DNA of 62,272 nucleotides, filler included, from Globobulimina sp. (lineage: Eukaryota): NCBI GenBank assembly GCA_003354225.1. It is 35 parts of 35 records of this genome, joined end to end, with 100 filler letters (N's around TTAATTAATTAA, not from the genome) between each part and the next. Parts side by side here need not be neighbours in the genome. Positions count along the whole stretch, not along the records: positions 49,906 to 51,586 come from PIVH01013199.1; positions 51,687 to 53,367 come from PIVH01013200.1; positions 53,468 to 55,148 come from PIVH01013201.1; positions 55,249 to 56,929 come from PIVH01013202.1; positions 57,030 to 58,710 come from PIVH01013203.1; positions 58,811 to 60,491 come from PIVH01013204.1; positions 60,592 to 62,272 come from PIVH01013205.1; 28 more parts are not named here. One strand, 5' to 3'. Both the position numbers and the translations under genes were made by a program. Position 1 is the first letter of the stretch. The number at the start of each line of letters is the position of its first letter. Shown here in pieces: positions 49,906 through 61,952 of this stretch. A model generated the notes under the pieces. The model was not told where the DNA came from and made no database searches. It saw only the letters and a list, made by a program, of their open reading frames with translations.

Positions 49906-50432
49906 AACGCCGATAGATCAGAGTCAGACAGTGATTCCACTGATATTCCATGCTCTGATTTATATTCTTTACTGTTTGAATTTGCATTAATTCGTTTTGA
50001 TTTTATTGATTTTAATTGACAACATCTTGAATTTAATAAGTTTGAATGATTTAGTTTTAATGATACTAAATCAACATTTTGTTGCCATTGAAAATAAATT
50101 GTAAATAAACGTATATTATAAATTAATGGCTCAAGATAAATAAAACTAAATAAGCATACAATAAATGGATATAATGATAAATATAACGTATTATTCAAAT
50201 CATAGTCATAATAATAAATATATATCAATGTAATTAATGGAACAGAAAACGTAGAATTTATAATCACTACAAATGATAGTAACACAGATAGAGTACTTTG
50301 TTGTTTTATTCTTATTGCACTTGCACTGTTTTGCCAAAATTTATAAGTATAATATATCAATACAGGAGCCACTATAAACCATAATATCAATGATGTAATG
50401 ATTATAAATAACATTGCCACGGTGGAATCCAT
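49906..50432 (-). CDS. Divergent multi-pass (7TM-like) protein N-terminus (3' truncated)
   Basis: Three TM segments, P..IYY..KFW, IRL..IYF pattern. Confidence 0.6.
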
Positions 50433-50541
50433 GACACCTTTAATATTGCTACGGTGGAATCCAATAAATGGGTTGATTCTAGTGGTTCAGTGAGTTTTAC
50501 TGCACATTCATCAAAATAACTATATTTAATTATCTTGTGCA

Positions 50542-51583
50542 ATGAACAAGAAAATGTTGTTTATTGGCAAAGTCGAAGGTTGTTAATATCTATTATGCTG
50601 AAATGTGGTTGTATTAACTGCATTTTTATATTGTTTGACTTTGATCAGACGGAGATAGGAATTTGCAGCCAATGAATTTTATGCATCCAAAGCATGGTAT
50701 GATTGGTATCCTCTTTTTCTTTGAGAAATATTTTTGTATGAGTACTTTTATTTTGATTGTCAGAAAAAGATTGTTGTTATTTAATCGGAAAAAATATTTA
50801 CGAAATGCAAACATTTGAAGACGAAGATCATTGCAGTTTATTTGTTGACAATTTTGTGGCAGAAAATAATAAAATATACTTGATAAATAAAATGGATCCG
50901 CTTTATTTATTAATTCCATCATTATTAAGAAATAGACAAAAATCAGATATTTCAGATAAATTTTGTTTGTCGCCGCTAGATCAGCTTTTAAATAATAATG
51001 AAATGAATCATATTTTAAACAAATTATCGTCACCAAATATGGAATTAAAAATAATATGTAAAGTTCAGCAAATCGATGATGATATTTATTGTGTATTGGA
51101 TGATGAGAAAGTTGTTCATTTTTTAGATAAAAAATTAGAACAAATTCAAACAATATTAACAAATAATCCATCCATTAATATGCATAAATTAAATGATGCA
51201 TTATGTATTATTAATGAATATATTCCAAATTATTTTTTTGAAAAATTGTGCCAAAAATATAAGTTAACTTCTTTCTATTTTGTTATTTGTTATTTGCAAA
51301 GAAAAAAATAAAAAAAACAAATAAATAAAGTTTAAGTGCGAAACGTGTGATAAATCCTAGAAAACGCAAATTAGAGAATGATGCGGAGAGTGTAAATCAT
51401 AACAATAAAAAAAGAAAATTAAACAGAGAAAGAAAAGAGGACTATGAAGATGGTGATGATATTATCTTTTCTCCAAAGAAGCAATTGCAACCAATACAAA
51501 ACTCAAATAATGAAACTCTCAAAAGTACTACAAAATTGCTACCAAAATCAAGGGCAATAACACAATTATCAAAAGTCAAATGA
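50542..51583 (+). CDS. RNASEH2B: Ribonuclease H2 subunit B; introns 50579-50648, 50697-50763, 51263-51330
   Basis: Spliced ..FMHPKH|E..YLI..IYEMQ..SLFVDNFV..KMDPLYLLIP..LD.EKV..FL.KK..I.EYI; basic NLS tail. The terminal PIP box is not seen. Confidence 0.8.
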
Positions 51584-51686
51584 AAANNNNNNNNNNNNNN
51601 NNNNNNNNNNNNNNNNNNNNNNNNNNNNNNTTAATTAATTAANNNNNNNNNNNNNNNNNNNNNNNNNNNNNNNNNNNNNNNNNNNN

Positions 51687-52819
51687 ATATTAGCAAATTA
51701 ATCCCATTGCATCTAAAACTGGCAATTACTGCAGGCATTGGTTTATTTTTAGCACGGATTGGTTTCGAGAAAGATCAAGGTATCGGCTTGATTGACGGCG
51801 ATGAAATGACGTTTGGTTACGATGCAATACTTGGAATATGCGGTGTGTTATTAATGATGATTTTATCTATTCGCAGAGTTCAAGGCAGTATGATTTGGTC
51901 AATGTTGATTATATCATTCATATCCTATGGGTACTGTGGTTCGCTCGGTCAATGGAAAGAATTCAAGCCAATATGGCGAGTGCCCCAAAAAGTGCGCTAT
52001 ATTCCGCGGCAGATATTTAATATTTCCTCGTTAACCAGAGATGGCAGTGCAGGCTATTTTGAGTTTGTCGAGGCAGGCATAACATTCTTAGTCGTTGACA
52101 TATTGGACACAACGGGAGCTTTATATGGATTGGCTGACTATGCAAAGATTTTGGATAAGGATAAGAATGATTTTGAGGGCTCCAAAGCTGCATTTTGTGC
52201 AGATGCAGCGGGTACTATCATAGGCTCAGTGTTTGGTACATCTCCGGTTACGACGTTTATAGAGAGTTCAAGTGGAATACACGAAGGTGGCAGAACTGGT
52301 ATTACTGCAATCTTTTTGTCTATTTTTTTTTGCATTTCGTTATTTTTCAGCCCCATATTTGCATCGATACCGCGTTATGCTACAGGTGCATGTTTAATTA
52401 TTTTTGGAGTTATGAATATAAGATATTATATCGGAAATATTAAGTGGTCCTCGCCAAGAATTGCCATACCAGCCGGCTTGACTATGATTGTGATGCCATT
52501 CAGCAAATCTATTCCGTTTGGCATTGTTGCCGGATGTTTGACTGATCTGTTTATCAAATGTATGGATAAATTGATTGGTTGTTGTATATGGAGATTTGGG
52601 CCGTGTTCTTGCTGCAAACCTCCAACCAAAAAAATAAGATCTTCTTTTAGTTTAAGTGATATTCAAATTATATCATTGTTTAAAAGAAGGATATTAGGAA
52701 TGCAGGCAAATGATGTATTGGATATTGGTTTACTTAAAGAAATCGTTGCCAATCCATCAGTACAGCAACAACCTAGACTCGATTATCAACACCAATATGA
52801 ACATAACGACATGGATTAG
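51687..52819 (+). CDS. azgA: AzgA-family adenine/guanine permease (5' truncated)
   Basis: LKLAITAGIGLFLA.IG, FLVVDILDTTGAL, GTSPVTTFIESSSGI.EGGRTGITA, IP..LT..VMPF..SI..G. Confidence 0.93.
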
Positions 52820-53467
52820 TGCAAAGTACATGTCGTTGTGAATATGATCATATTGCGCTAAATATTAATTACCATTACGCATTCTTGCAATTTTATTGTA
52901 TGTTTTCTCTTTGATGGATATGTAATATTAATTGTAAATTTTGTAATGAATACTTGATCAGAAGCATAAAATAAATAACATAATGTACCAATTTTTCTGT
53001 AGTTGGTGAACAATCTTCAAACTTTATAAGAAATCAATATCCTATGAACTTGTTTGTTTGTAAACTGGCATTGAAAAGAAAAACTTTTAGATTAATTCAA
53101 CTTTAAATCACAGCACAAAAATTGAGTGATGAAGAGTTCACAAAGAATAAACTGAAAAAACACACACCCACAACAAAAAACAAAACAATTTATATATAAG
53201 ATATTAATATATATATCGCTGAAGGTATGGAGGCAAATTCGATGTCATTTATCAAGAAGTGATTTTTTTCTGACAGCTAATGTATGAAAAGCATTCTTTA
53301 ATTTGGTGGAGACGCGAGACGGTGCTTTGTCAAACAATAACTTTATTTTTTTCAACGCGGCATCATGNNNNNNNNNNNNNNNNNNNNNNNNNNNNNNNNN
53401 NNNNNNNNNNNTTAATTAATTAANNNNNNNNNNNNNNNNNNNNNNNNNNNNNNNNNNNNNNNNNNNN

Positions 53468-54741
53468 AAACTGCTTTGCAACTAAATACATAGTGTCGTA
53501 GTTGATTTTTTTGGTATATTTTTTACTTTGAGCTGGGTATTTTATTCGAATGAAACATTGTTAGTCGGCGATTTTTTAGGATACTTTAATTTTATCGGCG
53601 AAATGTGGTTTTACAAACTATTATGCAGTATATGTCCATGCATTGCGTGTTTAATATTGTTTTGGGGAATGTACTATTTATGGTATATTATTTATGAAGT
53701 ATGTGAAAACCAGAGAATTTGGTATAATTTTGGTTTAACTATTTTTTGGGTCATTTGCGGGACAACAGCTGTGGTGTTGTTTTGTGCAGTTTTGTTTATT
53801 GTGTTGGAAGTATTTTGTTTCACAATGGTTGCGTTTGTGGCTTATACCTTTTTTACGAGACGTTGGATAGGCTCTGAGTCCAAAACTATGAGTCAAAGAA
53901 TAAAAGCAATCATTACTTTTATCGGTGGCGGATCCGGACCAAAAGACTGTGATACCATCGTTAGAGTGTTGGCAGTCAATTATGCCATACACAAAGGGAT
54001 AAACTCAAATTTATGCAGTGATACTGTTAAATATGTCAATAAAATCGAGTCAACGCAAGGAATTGAGGCTATTCAGTTATGATATTTAATATTTTATTTG
54101 CTGTGTCTGATTGTGTCAGAATGTGTGCCACAAATAAACAAATTAACAGAAAGATTCGGTACAGGGATATCCGGAATAATTGTCATCAAAAAGATAATGC
54201 AAATATATTCCCGGCATTGTGGAGAGAACTGAAGGAACTATTTGTTGACGCAAGTGATGATGTATGTAAATCGAGGGATGGCTGTCTGGAATATTATGAA
54301 ATAATTATAGCATATTTTGGCTTTCTATTTGCCTGTGTTTTATTTCCTGTATTCGTATTTTCAAAGATATTTCAAATATTGTTTCCTTATTTTATTGTCG
54401 CTTATTTGTACTTTGAAAATGATGGAAGTCATGGACTTTGGTATAACATTGATACCTTTCAATTGGTTATGTTGTTCGCCTATATTGGATTGCAATTAAT
54501 ATTGATGGTGTTGGGGATACTGGCATTTAGAATAAATTATTGGTTATGGCATATAAGTCCCGGTAACTTTTATGTGAACCCAACATCTAAAACTATCACG
54601 AAGGATGCAACCGAATGGTGTGAAAGAATCGCATGGTTTCCAAAGTGCGAGAAATTGCTGGTTGATATATATGGTGCAGATATTGCACGGATTGTGATTG
54701 ATTATGTCAAGCAGATAAAGTTGGAGAAGGAGGATGTTTGA
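53468..54741 (+). CDS. Multi-pass membrane hypothetical protein (5' truncated); intron 54076-54149
   Basis: Two hydrophobic ORFs joined in frame (AIQ|KIRYRDIR) by a 74-nt GT..AG intron. Confidence 0.7.
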
Positions 54742-54879
54742 GTTTGTTGTGATGTGTCAGATCGATGTGTTCCTTTTGAAATTCACTTTTGCGCTGGTGT
54801 TTCAACAAAGGATTTTAATTAATTATTTTTCCGCTAAGAATTTCCAGACACCATTTCCTCAGTAAGTTCAACAAAAACA

Positions 54880-55148
54880 ATGTCACCAATCATGTCAACA
54901 ATTTTATCCACATTATTGATTTTAATTCACTACATACACATCACTCGCGCAATATGTTGCCAATGTATCAGTCCGTCTGGTTTCCTTGGCTGCAATGATG
55001 CAATTTGTGAAGCAAACATCTGTCAAAAGGATGGATGGTGCTGCAATAATGCTTGGGATACCGCTTGTGCTGGTTGGGCTGAGGATGTATGCAATTCTGG
55101 TACATTATGCCCAACCGCACCAACCGCAACACCAACTCCATATCCTAC
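54880..55148 (+). CDS. Secreted protein with Cys-rich module and PT repeats (3' truncated)
   Basis: Signal peptide; GCND.ICE.NIC.KD.WCC...WD..C...A..VC; PTAPTATPT. Confidence 0.75.
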
Positions 55149-55248
55149 NNNNNNNNNNNNNNNNNNNNNNNNNNNNNNNNNNNNNNNNNNNNTTAATTAA
55201 TTAANNNNNNNNNNNNNNNNNNNNNNNNNNNNNNNNNNNNNNNNNNNN

Positions 55249-56160
55249 GTTTTGCATTACTTTTCTTTTATTGTTTGCTTTGTTATTATTATTATTTTGA
55301 ATAATTTTACCTTTTCCAAATGGTGATGAACTAAAATTTAATTTATGTTTATCTGTTGGTGTCATTCTGGTTTGTATATTATCCATATTATTTTGTGCAT
55401 TCTTATTGATTTTCAATGATATAAATTGTTTGTTATGTTTGTTTTGTTGATAAGTTTGGCCAATTTGGAATACATTGTTTAATGTATTTTGTATTTGTAA
55501 TGATTGTTTGGTAAATCTACAAATAGAAAAATCATTTAATTTTGGTATTTTATATAGATTTACATTTGGATTATTTTGTAAATCATTGGATCGATTTTCT
55601 AAGATTTGTTGAATGGATTTGAGAGCATTTATTCCTTCATCATATTCCTGTTTTCGCCATCGTTTCAAATCCATTTCGCGTTTTTTTAATGCATCATATA
55701 TATTTTTAAATTGTTTCTCAATATCTGTTATTTGGCCATTATAATCCTTGTGAAAATCCGATGACACTGCATCCAAATGCTTTATTTCCATGCTACATTC
55801 ATCAATTTGTCGTTTTATTTCTTGTTTACTATTATTATTATTATTATTATTATTGTTACCTTTTATATTTATATTTGCCGATGCTTTTGGCCGTACATTA
55901 TATTGTTTAGCAGTTGGTAATGGTTTCTTTATTTTGGGTTTTATGGTAGGTTTAGCGCCTAGTTTCATTGCTGGTTTTTTATTTGCACCATTTGTAACTA
56001 CTGGTTTTGTTTGCTGTCCATTGAAAATATCACGAGATTCCATTAATGATAAAGTTTTAATACTTGCCGATGCGTTGGAGAAATGTTGTAATTGAGTTGC
56101 AGAAGTTGGAGCTACATTATATTTCTTGATATACGCAGCCCATATATCTGCCATGATCAC
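55249..56160 (-). CDS. Hypothetical protein with N-terminal motif, poly-Asn and coiled coil (3' truncated)
   Basis: ~300 codons open; B-box C-terminal-like coiled coil I..QF..I..AL..RE..L. Confidence 0.65.
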
Positions 56161-56250
56161 TAACTTAAATTAGCTATTTTTGCAAAGGTTTTCTTTTTGT
56201 ACATTGACACTTTACAGAACAGCAAACTCCTCAACTGAAACCGACCAAAT

Positions 56251-56929
56251 ATGGAATCAAAGGAAGTATATACCATAGTAGTCATAACAGTGATTGTCAT
56301 TGTACTTTTGTTAATGATTGGCGTGTTGATTTACTGTTGTTGCAAGACGGAAAACCAAGACCAAGAACAGGAAAAGGATGAGGCAGTAGACTCATCTATC
56401 ACTGTTCCCTTACAATTAGGTTCAGACACAAATAGCAGCCGTAGTAATAATTATAATGATCGTAGTAAAGAAAAAGGAAGAAATGATGATGTTGACTCAG
56501 GAGAAATTAGACATGTTGACTCTATCATGAATGAGAAAACACAAACAATGGAGAGAGCACTATCTCTGGGACTCGTAACACCGCTAAAAAGTACACGTAG
56601 CGATATCGATGATGATTTTACAAAGTCAAATAGTTTTAATTTCGATGATGCTTTTTCTTTAGATGACGTTGTATCAGACCCATACCAACAATATGCGCAA
56701 GAAGAAGATTTACAAGATTGGGAAACAATGAATAACTATATGTTAATGGAGGAGATGAAGGAAGTGATTCAAGAAAAGAAATTAATTTTAAGTGATGATG
56801 ATGAAACGTTGGAAGAGCATATCTTTTCTGCATTAGATATAAATAATAATCGTGTGCTGCAGCAAAGAGTTAGAAATAATATTTTTGAGTTGAAAAAACA
56901 AAATGGAATACCACAAATACACCAATTAC
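56251..56929 (+). CDS. Single-pass membrane protein with CCC palmitoylation cluster and acidic tail (3' truncated)
   Basis: N-terminal TM then YCCCK; D/E-rich remainder. Confidence 0.65.
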
Positions 56930-57177
56930 NNNNNNNNNNNNNNNNNNNNNNNNNNNNNNNNNNNNNNNNNNNNTTAATTAATTAANNNNNNNNNNNNNNN
57001 NNNNNNNNNNNNNNNNNNNNNNNNNNNNNGTAGTCATACAAGTTTCATGTATGATCCATTACTTCGGACGAAATCACCTTTAAAAAAAACATAGTCATAC
57101 ATTATGATCATTTGTATGATTCTTCCTCTTATAGGAGTTACCACTGTAAAAAAATGCGTGACATGTGCTCCAGAATA

Positions 57178-57250
57178 TAAATATATTAGTAACTAATATA
57201 TATATATTAGTACTAATATGCGTACCTCTTATCGGGAACACTACTGTAGT
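57178..57250 (-). repeat. Repeat shared with 22905-22953; TA|CAGT terminus resembles Tc1/mariner ends
   Basis: 57228-57250 is the exact reverse complement of 22905-22927 (ACTACAGTAGTGTTCCCGATAAG); both continue into ATATATTAGTTAC..TAATATATTTA. Confidence 0.75.
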
Positions 57251-57711
57251 CGCCCTTCTGACTTGGAAAAACATTTTATGACTTGTTTAATCACACTTTT
57301 ATATTGCTATAGTTTTTTCTATCTAATTAGGGGTAATTTTTGCAATTGAGGCTCTTAAAACGTTGCTATATATGCGGGAGCATAGGATTTCTACCTATCA
57401 TGGGATGAGCGGGGAACTATCCTGTGCATATTCATACTTTTTTTGTTTTTTTTTTATTTTTGTTTTAATCTTCAAAACTTTAAGAAATCAATTAGATTTC
57501 TTCAAAACTGCTTCTGTCATATTTCTCAAACAAACAATCAAACAAACAACACGCATTACACAAAACAATAAATAAAAATTCAATGGGGTTATTGACGTAA
57601 GTTGCGTTGTAAGCTGTTGTGGCATTGTATATCTTGTACGGCTGCATATTCTGCTTTGCTAGTTTAGTTCGATGGTTTCTTTATTTTAGTGATAAACAAT
57701 ACATTTTATAA

Positions 57712-57880
57712 AAGTTTCAGGTTTCAAGTTTCAGGTTTTTTATGTTTCGAGGTTTCAATGTTTGTAGGTCAGACAAAATCCGATTATGTTTCTTTAATTT
57801 CATTACTGCCGATCTGTGGTGAAAATATTGGTCAAACCTACAAACCGCTAAACATAAAAACATGAAACCTAAAACCTCTG
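57712..57880. mobile_element. Fold-back/MITE-like inverted repeat built of GTTT(C) units
   Basis: GTTTGTAGGT 57760-69 / ACCTACAAAC 57836-45; TTTTTATGTTT/AAACATAAAAA; AGGTTT/AAACCT arms. Confidence 0.6.
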
Positions 57881-58517
57881 CGATAAATGCAGTTCTTTCA
57901 TTAATGATTGTAAATTTTAGGTTTGTTTGAATAGCTTTCGATTACATTGTAACTGAATGTCAATAAAGGCTTTGGTTCAGATAAAGGAATCATAGCACAA
58001 CATAATAAACTATTGCGTATCATTGCGTAGTTGATTTAAATCTCATTTTTCTTCTGCTGACATGTTGAATTATAAAATTTTAAGATGTGCAGGCTAATGT
58101 GCAACAATACAGGTTAGTTCATTCCTAAAACCCGTAAGCTAAAGCATTTAAATTACCACTCATTGCAATACTGAATCATTACATGGCCTTAATGGACATA
58201 TGCATTGCAATTGGGATTGATGGAGATCTCAAGCACTAACAATACAAAAACAAAAAATATATAATATTCATCGCCTATGCCATTGATTGATGATATTGTT
58301 TCGACTCATTCTCACTGACGGAAAGGGAATGGTTTTTGTATTGTTATTGCACCGGGAATGCTAATGATATTTGTATTGTATTGTATGTACACATAACATT
58401 TGCTAATTATATTTGCAATGACTGGTAATCTGCTTTCTGTCTGCGGTACGATTTAGGCATCAATCCAACAAAAATAATTTACTTTTTATTTAGCCACCAA
58501 TTAATTCTTAGGCGCCG

Positions 58518-58710
58518 ATGGAGACTCATCACCAACACGCAAATGACAATAAATCTGTGCATCCAAGCATTGATTTTAATTTTTTTTTAAACACAGAGAT
58601 CAATGACAGCAATAACTGCGTCGTAAATGAATGCAAAGCGGTTCAAAGAGTGAGCAAAGCGTTGATGTACTACGAAAGCTTAAATAACACAACACAGGAA
58701 AACAGTAACG
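58518..58710 (+). CDS. Hypothetical protein N-terminus (3' truncated)
   Basis: ATG ORF open to edge with C....C..VQR...AL.YY motif. Confidence 0.45.
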
Positions 58711-59429
58711 NNNNNNNNNNNNNNNNNNNNNNNNNNNNNNNNNNNNNNNNNNNNTTAATTAATTAANNNNNNNNNNNNNNNNNNNNNNNNNNNNNNNNNN
58801 NNNNNNNNNNTTGCACTGGCAGCAGGCGCTAAAATAAATAAGCCATTATATGTAGCAATATTGTGGCAGAATGTCATGTAAACATTGCAATTCAATGGGT
58901 ATTGCCCATAGCAGCCGCAAAATAATATTTTGAATCACATTTTGTGTCCAAATGAAGCGAATCGCGGTGAATAAATCCGCTTACTTAGATAGATATCAAT
59001 ATATATTGCTCTGTATTTGATAATGCTGGGCCGGGCCATAAATATTAATTAAATTGCAATGGGAATGAATTGAATCAGCTCATTCAAATCGATCAATATG
59101 ACTATGTACAGGCCGGATAACTAGCTGTCGATCTGTATAGAATCGGAATTGGAATTGGAATGGACATTGAGATATTGTATGGCTGTAAACATAATTCTAA
59201 AGGCACTGCCATCATGTTCAGACTTGCGAAATTAAGCTCACACTTTTCTTGACTTTCTTAATCTTAACATTTATAAATATCAATATCAAGCACATACACA
59301 CATGATGCAAATCGTTATTCATTGTACAGTTTTTTTTATTTTTTATTATCTGCAGAACAAGTTTAAAAAAAGTTATTGATATTGTTATATGCTACAGTTT
59401 TTTTTAAATATTTCATATTTTTTTGCATA

Positions 59430-60491
59430 TCAAACATTTTTAATTACCATCTGTTCGCTTTCCATAAACCCAAAATTGGCAGATTTTAAGATCTCTTGTA
59501 ACGGCGGTATTTGCAGTTTACCGATTCGTGTTTCTTTGCCAAAGAATATTCTTTCAATTTTATTATTTGGATTGTTTTTCATAAAATCCTGTATTCTATA
59601 TGCTATGCGCAAATTTAATTGCGTTTTCCGTAGAAATATATCCGTGACACATGGGAACAATCTAAAAATATGAGGAAATGAAATAATTGGTTTCTTATTT
59701 GGCATCACCGTAAACAATGTCTCTAATTCAGGTGCCATCGGATCCAAAACCAAAACCTCAACCATATGACAATAGACAATAAACTTCTTTTTTATTGCAT
59801 CATTTGGTTTCTTCATATTATAATTGTTTAGCCGCCAACGTAAGATTGCAATCAATTCTTTTTTATATTCTAACTTATCCACAACATCCTGTGACAAGAC
59901 ACAATTCTTTGGATTATAGCCCAAAACCAACGGATTTTCTCCTTCGAATGATTTTGCTGGCAACAAACTTGAAAATGAATGTTGTGACTGTTGGGAAAAT
60001 GGTGGCGATGGCGAGTGTATTGGTGATTTTTCGTCACTGAAATTATTGTCGTCAAATGACGGCACACATCTCGTTGACGCGCTGGAATATGGCCCACTTC
60101 TCGTTGACGGTACATGCGTATGCAACACAGCTTTACAAATGCAATTCGTTTATATTTCTTCTGCTTTTTCCAAAACGTATTCCAATCTTTAGTATATTCA
60201 CTATATTGTAAGTATAATAGATATAATATTGATATTTCTTCCTGTTCTTCCAATCGATTAAATGCTAAATCTTGCTGCTTGGATGGATCGGCAAGAGAAT
60301 TATTTAGTTCCATTGATGAAACACCAAATGACTCGTAATTTGGCTCAATATAAAGAATATTTAGAGGATGACATTTGTTTTGATAATCAAACTCAAGTCG
60401 ATATTCCCAAATATGTTTGTGAGCTATTTGAGCATTTTTGTGATAACAAAGCCAGAACATTTATTGATTTAAGTTGTATTATGTCCGAATC
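59430..60491 (-). pseudogene. Hypothetical protein split over two overlapping frames (frameshift or unresolved intron)
   Basis: ORFs 59870-60460 and 59430-60128 are each protein-like on one side of ~60140. Confidence 0.4.
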
Positions 60492-60591
60492 NNNNNNNNN
60501 NNNNNNNNNNNNNNNNNNNNNNNNNNNNNNNNNNNTTAATTAATTAANNNNNNNNNNNNNNNNNNNNNNNNNNNNNNNNNNNNNNNNNNNN

Positions 60592-60945
60592 ATTGGTTTA
60601 GTTGGGCCATGTATCGATAATATACAATGTTACATTGGTGATTACAGCGAACACAATCCACCGTATTCTAATGGATGGATAACGCCGTTGCAACAAATAA
60701 AGAAACTAACCACAAACATATTATATGCAACAGGCTGTAATTTAACATCTTGCAATGATATGACAGTCAATTCAATGAAGAATGTATTGCAAGTTGTGGA
60801 TGAAAGTGATATTCTTTTTTATTTTGGTGGCATATCAGTTGAACAGGAGTCAGAAATGAATGATAGAACACATTTACAATTGTCCTATAACCAATCTTTA
60901 TTATTTCGAAATATTTTTGTATATTGCATTGGGTTTACAAAGTGA
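60592..60945 (+). pseudogene. Glycoside hydrolase family 3 (beta-xylosidase-like) C-domain fragment
   Basis: IGLVGP..IGDY..ITPLQ..YATGC..DI.FYFGGI...QESEMNDR..LQL..NQ; homology ends abruptly. Confidence 0.75.
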
Positions 60946-61109
60946 ATGTAAACTGTACATTTACAATTGGTTTTTTGCAAACCCAATGCAAACTTAAGCG
61001 TTATATTGATCGGTATGTATACAAAGAATGGGGGTTGGTTATTTTGATGAATATGTTTTTGTTGTATCAAAACTGTACTAAGTAACTGACTGTAACTCAT
61101 CACGACATC

Positions 61110-61952
61110 ATGAGTAGGCCACAGAAGTTGTTGATTCGCATCGACGGAACAGATAATGATGGCCAAGATGGTACCCAGAATTTTAAGTTACCCACAAAAA
61201 ATGATTGGTGCCGTAATTTGCAATTTCTGAATAAAAAAATTGCAAAAAAAATGCAAACCGATGATGAATATGCATTATTGATCAATGATTGTATTGTAAG
61301 ATATGATGACGGTGATGGATTATCAGAAGCAATGACAAATTTTAATTTTAATAAGATACCACATTTTAAAATTGTGGATATTAATTTGGTTGGAAATAGC
61401 GACAATGATAGCGGCAAAAGAGAGATTATTATCCATTTTAATGACAACCAATGCATATTTAAAATACCCAAAGAATTAAATGAATTAAAAGATAAAACAT
61501 ATGATGAGTTGTTGGAATGTGCAAGAAACGAATTTAAAATAAAAGGAAGAATGGGTAAAATTTATGAAAATGTTGATGGTGAACCGGTATATGTTGATGA
61601 TTGGGAAGATTTGATGGAATATTTAGAAGATGCAGAGGATGACCAACCATTATTATATTTAGAAGCTGCACATAATGATAACAATCCAATGTCTAATATT
61701 GTTGTAGTAACTACAGAACCACGAAACGCTGAACCAAACAATGAATCAAACGAATTGAATTCATTAGATATTGTTAACTCAAACAACAATGATTCTGAAG
61801 AGTTATACGAAAACATGTTCAACGTATGACTGTCACATATTGTACATCTTTAAACAATTACAAATAACTGCACATAACAACACATAACAAAGGATATTGT
61901 CCCAGAGCTCGAGGTGAAAGAAGAACAGAAAGATCAAATATTAGCTTTGGAG
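61110..61952 (+). CDS. Protein with PB1/ubiquitin-like domain(s); probable intron 61824-61892, end uncertain
   Basis: IIIHF..IFKIP..YDELLE....F and OPCA-like YENVDGEPVYVDDWEDL. Confidence 0.55.

Noticed and set aside
58811-59220. Possible minus-strand gene relic
   Set aside because: Stops in all frames and no identifiable motif.
1684-60591. Regularly spaced TTAATTAATTAA repeats with ~1.68-kb spacers (CRISPR-, nanochromosome- or cassette-like)
   Set aside because: Embedded in fixed N runs, inserts are length-sorted, and genes are cut mid-frame: a computational linker.
974-61952. Alternative genetic code or programmed frameshifting to explain split ORFs
   Set aside because: Most splits resolve as GT-AG introns, and conserved genes end at TAA, TAG or TGA normally.
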